64,000 bases of DNA from Octopus vulgaris (taxonomy: Eukaryota), in contig OX597834.1 of assembly GCA_951406725.2 (NCBI GenBank), positions 22,320,001 to 22,384,000 on the forward strand, in the 5' to 3' direction. The translations under genes were made by a program, and so were the position numbers. Under the pieces are notes generated by a model. The model did no database searches, had not been told where the DNA came from, and was given only the letters and a program-made list of their open reading frames with translations. Below are positions 54,980 through 64,000 of the stretch, in pieces. Within the stretch, counting starts at the first letter, position 1. Each line of letters opens with the position of its first letter.

Positions 54980-55227
54980 CATCATTATTATTATCATTAT
55001 TATTATTATTTGAAAATGGCTAGCTCACAGAATCACTAGCATGCTGGGCAAAATTCTTAACAGCATTTCATCTGTCTTTTATACTCTGAGTTTGAATTCT
55101 ACCAAGGTCAACTTTGCCTTTCGTCCTTTCAGGATCAATGAAATAAGTACCAGTTGCGTACTGGGTCAATATAATCGACTTACCCCTTTCCCCAAACTCA
55201 CTGGCCTTGTGCCAAAATTTGAAATTA

Positions 55228-55269
55228 TCATCATCATCATCATCATCATTATTATTATTATTATCATCA

Positions 55270-55332
<63 letters not shown>

Positions 55333-55383
55333 ATTATCATTATTATTATTATTATCATTATTATTATTATTATTATCATTATT

Positions 55384-55418
<35 letters not shown>

Positions 55419-55456
55419 TATCATTATTATTATCATCATCATCATCATCATCATCA

Positions 55457-55488
<32 letters not shown>

Positions 55489-55489
55489 T
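55228..55489 (+). repeat. Compound (ATC/ATT)n microsatellite, about 260 nt, abutting the exon F acceptor
   Basis: Seen directly; it is the tail of the SINE-A copy at 55015-55228. Confidence 0.95.
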
Positions 55490-55498
55490 ACTCTTCAG

Positions 55499-55655
55499 AA
55501 TGAGATGAGTGCTTTGAAAGCGGACAATGACCGGTTAACTCGAATGGTCACCACTAAAAACCTAAATATGTCGACTTCCTCCCTACATCACCAAGTGAGC
55601 AATGATTCTCTTGACCGCAGTCTTAGTTTGGCATCATCGGATCACGGTAGTCTTG
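55499..55655 (+). CDS. NAV2: Neuron navigator coding exon F
   Basis: ctcttcag|AAT...CTTG|gtaagt; 157 nt, phase 0-1. NEMSALKADNDRLTRMVTTKNLNMSTSSLHHQVSNDSLDRSLSLASSDHGSL matches the NAV ExxxLKAxNDRL motif. Confidence 0.93.
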
Positions 55656-56111
55656 GTAAGTAGAAAAAAACATTTCGTTTCCTCCATGCTCCCCCCTCCC
55701 CCGCCACCTATTAACTTGACAAATATAAGGACATTGTTTTATTTCATTATATGTTTTTTCATGTGTTTTTGTTAGGTTTTTAAAAAAAAAAATTTTCTTC
55801 ATTCTCCATTAACAGAACTCTTTATAGTGCAACCAACATTATTATGATTATGTCAGTAGTGTGGGCATTGTTGGATCTACACTTGTCTCATACTTTCACC
55901 CTCTCTTTTGCAATCTTTTTCTTTCTTTATCTCTCTCTTTCGCAATCTCTTTCTTTCTCTCTCTTTCATTCTTTTTGTTATCTATTCGCTTTCTCTCCTT
56001 CATACATCTTTCTTGTCCTCTTTCTTACTGTGTTTTTCTTTCTCTCACTCTCTTTGTCTCTCTCCATCACTTGATGTCAAGACGAACACATACACACATA
56101 GAGAGAGAGAG

Positions 56112-56144
<33 letters not shown>

Positions 56145-56161
56145 TAGTGATGCAGATAAAC

Positions 56162-56330
56162 CTGAGTTCCTCTCAAGTGTTTGGGCCTCATGGAGGCAAG
56201 GTGGCTGAGTTCCTTTCAAACAGGCCTCACGAAGGCGAGATGGCCGAGTTCCTTTTGAGCATTGGGCCTCATGGAGGCAAGGTGACCGAGCTCCTTTCGA
56301 GTGTTGGGCCTCAAGGAGGCAACAACCAAG
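56162..56330 (+). repeat. About 42-nt tandem repeat, 4 copies, each with a GCCTC-NNN-GAGGC-like hairpin
   Basis: Units resemble ctgagttcctttcaagtgttgggcctcatggaggcaaggtgg and lie just upstream of a family-C body. Confidence 0.8.
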
Positions 56331-57704
56331 ACCTTTGGCATTATGTCATGCCTGAGAAGAAGACCCATCAAGCCAAGCAAAATCACAGTTGTGGCAGATA
56401 CCAGTGTCACGCAAATGGCACCCGTGCCGGTGGCACATAATAAAACACCCATTATACTCTCAGAGTGCTTGGTGTTAGGAAGGGCATCCAGCTGTAGAAA
56501 ACCATGCTGAATCAGACTGGAGTCTGGTGCAGTCTTCCATCTTGCCAGCCCCAGCAAACCATCCAATCCTGCATCTGTATATGTGTGTGTGTGTCTTTGT
56601 GTTTGTGTACTACTGCTTTACAATCGGTATTGGTTTGATTACATCCCCCTAATTTAGCAGTTTGGCAGCAAAAGAGACTTGGCTTGATTTTTTTTTTTTT
56701 TTTTTTTTTTTTTGTGACTGGACCCTTCAAGGTGGTGCCCAAGCATGGCCACAGTCCAGTGACTGAACAAAGTAAAAGATAAAATAAAGATAAAGATTTA
56801 CAGCTGTGCATTATCTTTCTAGAAACTTTTATCTATTCTGTGTAAATGAAATATTCCGTGTTTACCAAATTTTCTTACGAAAGTTAAATTTATAGACTCA
56901 GGTGCTACTAGAGGAGAAAACTGTTTAAATTAGCTCCTTTTGTTATGTTTAAAAAGAATCTTTTCAGCTAAATTCATTTATTTTAACTAAAAAAAAAAAA
57001 TTTGACTTTTTTTTAAAAAAACTGTCTTTATTTATTTTGAGTTGATTGGATAAATCTTTTGAGAACGAAACAGTTGGACTACTACTATTACGTGACAGTC
57101 AGTGCTACTACTTTTTTTTTAGTGTGAACAGTTAGTTTGGTGACTTGGTACTTTTTTGGTGATTTAGTGCTTTTATTTCTTAAAGAAGTAAATTTTCTAT
57201 TTTTTTAAAAATTATACTTTAGGAAAAAAGTATAAAAGAAAATAAAAAACTGATAAAATTTCAACTTCTGCAAAATTTAACTTCAAATGTGTTTCCTGCA
57301 TCCTCTTTCTTTGTATCATCATCATCTTCATCATTTAATGTCCGTTTTCCATGCTGGTATGGGTTGCACGGTTTGACAGGAGGACTGCACCAAGCTCCAG
57401 TTGTCTGTTTCGGACAACTGGATGCCCTTCCAAATGCCGACCACTTTACAGAGTGTACTGGGTGCTTATCATGTGACACCGACACAAGTGCTTTTTCTCA
57501 TGGTACCAGCATGAGTGCTTTTCATGTGGCACCAAAAAAAAATGTGAATATAAATATGGTCAGATTCTAACACTAAGTCAAGGACACTAAAAGGCACGTT
57601 TTTCTCTTTGGAAAGAACAATGGAGAATGGTATACTTTTTGTGTGTTTTTCTTCATGAAGGAATCAAAATCTTCCCCCTTGGAAAGAACAATGAACTATA
57701 TATA

Positions 57705-57740
<36 letters not shown>

Positions 57741-57949
57741 CATACATAGGTGAGGTGGCAGAATTGTTAGCACACAGGGTGAAATGCTCAGTGGTATTTC
57801 ATACATCTTTTTGTTTTGAGTTCAAATTCTGCTGAGGTCGACTTCGCATTTCATCCTTTAAGGTTCAAGAAAGTATGTACCAGTTTAGTACAGGGGTTGA
57901 TGTAATCAATTTAACTACTCCAGGTATGAGTATAAGAGACTGCATCCCT

Positions 57950-58070
57950 CTGCCAAGCCATGTTGGGCCAGTGCGGCAGAGTAGGGTCATCAAACCAGTA
58001 TGATCTCAAGCCATTTTCTGATGGAAAGAACATGCAGAGGCCTTCATCCTGCAGTGGGCTGAACATGGGC
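57950..58070 (+). mobile_element. RTE-type LINE 3' stub
   Basis: Contains WKEHAEAFILQWAEHG, matching the RTE C-terminal WxxxxEAFxxQW motif. Confidence 0.55.
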
Positions 58071-58079
58071 AATCCCCTC

Positions 58080-58470
58080 AGTAGCTGTGTGGTTAGTAGC
58101 TTGCTTACCAACCACATGGTTCCGGGTTCAGTCCCACTGCATGGCTCCTTGGGCAAGTGTCTTCTGCTATAGCCCCAGGCCGACCAATGCCTTGTGAGTG
58201 GATTTGGTAGACGGAAACTGAAAGAAGCCTGTCGTATATATGTATATATTTATATGTATGTGTGTGTCTGTGTTTGTTCCCCTAGCATTGCTTGACAACC
58301 GATGCTGGTGTGTTTACGTCCCCGTCACTTAGCCGTTCAGCAAAAGAGACGGATAGAATAAGTATTGGGCTTACAAAGAATAAGTCCCGGGGTCGATTTG
58401 CTCGACTAAAGGCGGTGCTCCAGCATGGCCGCAGTCAAATGACTGAAACAAGTAAAAGAGAGAGTAAAGA
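58080..58470 (+). mobile_element. SINE family B, near-intact sense copy
   Basis: Same subfamily diagnostics as 47595-47975 (ccaatgcc, gtcacttagc, aagtcccggggtcgatttgctcgactaaaggc). Confidence 0.85.
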
Positions 58471-59063
58471 GTATATAAAATTGATGGACAGTAGTATATT
58501 GTGTGTGTGTTTTCCTTCCTGAAAGAGTCAAATCTTCTTCCTCTTGGAAATAACTACAAACATTGGTATATTTTGTATGTTTTCCTCACTGAAAGGAGTC
58601 AAAATAAACAATGCCAACCAATGTAGAAACTCAGTTCCACACATCTAACTATCCCTACTTACTACTTCCCCACAATAATAACTGGTACCTTTATAGGATG
58701 CAAAATGTGTTATTTCACTTAAACCATCCAGATTCTTGATCATTTTCAAAATGAATTCATAAACATGCGACTTGTGTATTTCACGGGATCTGGTTGTGAA
58801 AGGATTAAAATATCAAAGACAGCTTTGGCACAGGAGAGGTAAACTAAAAGAGGGGAAGGAAATCATGAAAGGCTTTATGTTATCTGCGTAATAGACTAAG
58901 GTAGACTTAGATCAAACAGTGGAACGGGGTCTGGTGTAATTGTATAGCGTCTCATGGCTGCAAGAGGATGTTTGACAGCAGGGAAACTTAAGAAGACTAA
59001 ACAAAGATAAGCTGTGCAAATGAAAACAGATCTTTTGGGGCAGCACTGATGATAATGATAGAA

Positions 59064-59101
<38 letters not shown>

Positions 59102-59207
59102 TAATAATAAAAATAAAAATGAGAAAGATGAAAAACTACACTGAACTCTTCAGACTGCAGTTCTTTAGTATTGAATTGCTAGCCACTCCCTCCAAAAAAA
59201 ATAATCA

Positions 59208-59363
59208 TACCCTTCCCCTCAAAATTGCTGACCTTGTGCCAAAATTTGAAACCAATATATCATCATCATCATCATCAAACGGACGCTAAACGATGATGAT
59301 GATGATGATGATATATTGGTTTCAAATTTTGGCACAAGGTCAGCAATTTTGAGGGGAAGGGTA
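59208..59363. repeat. Perfect 69-bp inverted repeat with an 18-nt loop
   Basis: 59208-59276 is the exact reverse complement of 59295-59363. Confidence 0.92.
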
Positions 59364-62300
59364 AGTTGAATTCATCAACCCAAGTACATAACTGGTACGT
59401 TATTTTATCCACCCCCAGAAGGATTGCACAGCAAGGTTGGCCTCAACAGAATTTAAACCCAGAAGGTAAAAAGTTAGAAGAAATACTACATAGCATTTTG
59501 TCTGATGATCTCCCAATTCTACCAGCTTGCCTTAAAAATAATAATAATAGTAATTTCTCACAATGGCATGAGATCACAAATCTGTCCCCATCTCAGCTTA
59601 TACGTAGTTCATTTCGTGGTAATTTTATTAACCCAACATCCCACACCACCCCACTTCCACCCTCTATTCCTGGGAGGGTTGTTGGAGTAGAGCCCTCAGG
59701 TACCTCATCCATAGGGTCCTCTCAGAAGCAACCTTGATCCTTGGATCTTACAATAACATATCATTCAATATAGATTTACTCACGAAGAATATATATCACG
59801 TTTTAACAGAAAAAAACCCGCCAGAAATATCGCATGAGTGGCTGTGTGGTAAGTAGCTTGCTTGCCAACCACATGGTTCCGGGTTCAGTCCCACTATGTG
59901 GCATTTTGGGCAAGTGTCTTCTACTATAGCCTCAGGCTGACCAAAGCCTTGTGAAAGGATTTGGTAGATGGAAACTGAAAGAAGCCTGTCATATATATAT
60001 ATATATATATGTGTGTGTATTTGTGTGTCTGTGTTTGTCTCCCCAACATCGCTTGACAAGCTATGCTGGAGTGTTTACGTCCCTGTAACATAGCGGTTTG
60101 GCAAAAGAGACCGATAGAATAAGTACTAGGCTTACAAAGAATAAGTCTTGGGGTCGATTTGCTCGATGAAAGGCAGTGCTCTAGAATGGCCGCAGTCAAT
60201 TGACTGAAACAAGTAAAAGAATAAAAGAATCCTTCTGATAATAAGATATAAATGTGTTTGAGAGGCTACGGTAGAGCAGGGTTAAGGGGTACCCTTCCCC
60301 TCATTGAATCAGTGCTTAGTTCTGCACTGTGTAGCATTAAATGGATGGGAAGATGAAACTCCTTGAGGATAGGATGTCAGCTGTAGTAACTGAAGCGAAA
60401 TTCAGGATGTAATGTGGGTGGGAGTGAGTCTGGGTATGGGCGTGGTCATGGTGACATGACAGTATGTGTTAGGGGGCTTAAATTTTGAGGTGTGCCTTAA
60501 CTAGACTGTCGTCATCTTCATCACCACCACCACCACTTTTGCCATCATCAACATCATCATAATCCCTGCTGTCATCATGATGGAAATGGCTGTGGTGGTG
60601 GTGGTGTTATTGTTTCATCTCAAATCAGTTCAAATTGAGAAATCCTATGATCTAGGATCAAATCCAATGAGTTTCTTACTTTTCTCTCTCGCCCCTTTTT
60701 CTCACTCTAATACAAACAAAAATGAGGTATGATTTTGAGGAAGATTTTACTGCTCTTTCTAGCAATGTAAATGTCTGCACAGTCATAGTGGCATTGAAGC
60801 TGTTGCTGCTTCTTTTTGCATTTCTTGTGAAGCAGCAGCTTTGGTCATCTTGTCCTGCCACCAGAGCTGTCTTTCCATTCCTGAAATTCCTAACTTTGTG
60901 CCAGTGGTACACCTTCTTTATCAAGGCGGTGAGCTGGCAGAAATGTTAGCGCGCTGGGCGAAATGCTTAGCAGTATTTCGTTTGCCGCTACGTTCTGAGT
61001 TCCAATTACACCGAGGTCGACTTTGCCTTTCATCCTTTCGGGGTCGATAATTAAAGTACCAGTTATGCACTGGGATCGATATAATCAACTTAATCCATTT
61101 GTCCTCTCTGTGTTTAGCCCCTTGTGGGTAGTAAAGAAATAAGTACACCTTCTTTATTAAATAGGTATATAAAAAAAAGGGAAAGAAAACAAAGAACTAA
61201 AGGAGGGTTGTGAGTTGACAGAGGTGATTGATCATCATCATCACCACCATCATCATCATCATCATCTTTGCTCATTTTAATGTCCATATTTGCATGGTTC
61301 AAATGGAATTTGTTGAGGCAGATTTTCAATGGCCCAATGCCTGTCCTGTTGCCATTCCTTGCTTTCAAATAAGATAGTATTTCCCCATGGCCAGACATAT
61401 TTTCATGGATGATGGAAAACAAAGGCCACCACTTCTTTGATGATGCTCGTTTACAAGTACCACATCTTGTCAAGACAAGGCATCACTCATACACACACAC
61501 CATCATCATTACCATTATCATCATTTAACATCTGTTTTTCATGCTGACATGGGTTGGATGGTTTAAGCCAGAGAGCTGCACCAGGCTCAATTTTGTCTGT
61601 TTTAGCATGATTTCTATAGCACAATGCCCTTCCTAACATCAACTCAGAGTGTACTGGGTGCTTTTTAAGTGGCATCAGTGCTTTTTATGTGCTACCGTCG
61701 TGTGTGCCACTCAAGCAACACTGACATCAACCATGCCCGAATGGTGCCTTTTTACATGCCAAAGACACTGGCTCAAGGTTCCACGCATTGGGATTGAACC
61801 CAAAAGCACTTGGCTGGGAAAACCAAATTCTCCGTTTTGTTGTAACTTAGGTGAGTCATTCTGGAATTTTACACAAGAGTAAAGAAACAAACTCAACTCT
61901 GAATTCTCCAGTCTGTAGAAGAAACCTGAGAAATATTATCTAGATGCCGAAATGTTTTTACTACGACTGCTTTATAGTAAACCTTCATCCCCTGTTTTTT
62001 AGGATGAGGTGTGAGGGCTGGTGGGGGGCTGTTTTTACCCTTGCTCCCAAAGATAACTTTTTAAAATTCTTTTTTTTTTTACTTTTTTTTTTTGTTCTAT
62101 TGATAGATACAGAGTTTTGTTTCTGCGGAATCTAATACGTTGCTAACTGTGCTAAAATGACATACCCCCTGCTTTCAAAGATCAATAAACTATGTAGAAG
62201 GGAGAAGGAAAAATAAAATAAAATTAGGAAGAAAAAAAACACTAATAATAATAATAAGTATAAATATAAAATAGTAGTAGTAGTAGCAGCAGCAGTAATA

Positions 62301-62400
62301 ATAGAGGTATAAGAACTGCTTTTAGCCAAATATTATTTTTGTGTTTGTATGTGTGTGTGTGTGCATATATATATGTGTGTGTGTGTGTATGTATTTGTAT

Positions 62401-62432
<32 letters not shown>

Positions 62433-63692
62433 CGTGTGTGACATTCTTTGTGTTTGAGTGTATGCGTGTATATGCAGGTATATTTAAATGTGTATATAGG
62501 TGTGTACATCTATGTATATGTATATACGTGTATATATTTCCTTCTCTCTCTCCTTATATATGTGTGTGTGTGTATGTGTATACACAAGCATATAGAAATC
62601 CTCACACACACACACTCACTACCCACCTTGCCTAATCAGTGTGTGCTCATAGATATATCCGAGTATAAGGTTTCAGTAATAGGTTTTTATTAAGTACGAA
62701 AATATCCTTTAAAATATAGGATCTACACATCATTGCCTCCGCCATGTGTCGATATATTCCCATACTGTACATGTGCGTGTGTGTGTGTTAAAGAAAATAT
62801 GTACCTAGCTCCAAATTGAATATTAAAAATATATTAAATTTTTAACATTATAATCTAAAATAAAATCTATATTATTAACAGGATGTGTTTAAATAAGAAG
62901 CAAAGGAAGGTGAGGTCAAATTTTTTTCGTTAGTTGCATTGATAGATTATTAAATGGCAGCGGCGGTGCTGGTATCGGTGGTGGTGGTTGTCGTGGTCGT
63001 GGTTGCAGTGTAGAGCAAGGAAATAAATAGCATTTGTGCAGAGAAACTGCGGGAAGCCTCTGTCTTGAATTCCAAGAATCACTGTTCTTATTTTGCGTTC
63101 CAAAACAGCTGTTATCACATGCATAACGGATCCGGCTTTCAGCCAAATCTGTCATGAAGATCCACCCACCGTTTTGCTTTGCTTTGCTTTGGCTACGAAG
63201 GGTGGGTTGCTGGTCGTCTTTTCTTTCTGCTCAGTGGCTGCTGCAGCACCAAAGGTTGGGTGTTTGACAACTGAGCTTTTCCTCTTCGGTTTCTTTGAGG
63301 AAATTCTTGTTTCAGGCAAAAATGTATGAAAGGTTGATGAGAGAGAGGCAAAATTGGTGTAACTCAGTCGCTGGTACAGCCTGCTCGTGAAATTAACATG
63401 CAATTGGTTGAGTACTCAAATACTGGGATAAATTGGTAGCCTTGTGCCAAAAATTAGAAAGAATTATTATTAAGGTGTCAAGCTGGTGGAATTGTTAGCA
63501 CACCAGACAAGGTGCTGAGTGGCATTTCATCCATCTGTATATTCTGGGTCCAAATTTTGCCGAGCTCGACTTTGCTTTTCATCATTTCAGGGTCGATGAA
63601 ATAAGCACCAGTCAAACACTGGGGTCAATGCAATCAACTTACTCCCTGTTCCCAAATTTCAGGCCTTGTACCTGTAGTAGAAAGGACTATTA

Positions 63693-63726
<34 letters not shown>

Positions 63727-64000
63727 GGTGGTGGTGAGTTGGCAGAACCATTAGCACACCAGGCAAAATACTTAGCAGCATTTTGCCCATCCTTACGTTC
63801 TGAGTTCAAATTCTGCTGAGGCTGATTTTGCCTTTCATCCTTGATAAATTAAGTACCAGTTACGCACTGGGGTCGATGTAATCGACTGGTCCCCGCCTCC
63901 TAAAAAAATGTCAGGCTTTGTGCCTATAGTAGAAAGGATTATTATTGTTATTATTATTAATAATAATGAATTTTAGCTCAGGGTCAAAAGGAAACTCCCT

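Noticed and set aside
55041-55508. Poly-I, poly-Y, poly-H and poly-N ORFs
   Set aside because: They are readings of the ATT/ATC trinucleotide tail of a SINE.
55656-64000. Next NAV exon (GxIGVSGKTKWD region)
   Set aside because: It was searched for by eye and not found; gggaaaaccaaa at about 61816 lies in SINE-derived sequence. The exon is probably beyond the window.

Overview
Eukaryotic, AT-rich, extremely microsatellite- and SINE-dense DNA. The repeat landscape (Meta-domain and CORE-like tRNA SINEs, RTE and CR1 LINE stubs, long AT/AC/ATT tracts) points to an octopus-like cephalopod; this taxon call is an inference. The window lies inside one large + strand gene, a neuron navigator (NAV/unc-53/sickie) orthologue. 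Six GT-AG exons (12548-12631, 48904-49027, 49957-50102, 50741-50919, 53862-54006, 55499-55655) join in frame to 278 codons covering the two conserved coiled-coil blocks, and the gene start and the AAA domain lie outside the window. Almost all ORFs in the supplied track are microsatellite or SINE artefacts. The most unusual signal is a set of hammerhead-ribozyme-like cores (CUGANGA...GAAAC). One is complete (9080-9170, minus strand), and several sit in long foldback palindromes, including a tRNA-headed SINE that carries a hammerhead. Other notable items are foldback duplications that include flanking DNA, head-to-tail SINE multimers, a MITE-spacer composite repeat, candidate microexons and alternative exons in the 36 kb intron, and inverted SINEs bracketing five exons. 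Everything was read by eye: exon coordinates were counted exactly, and repeat boundaries are approximate (about +/-10-20 nt).
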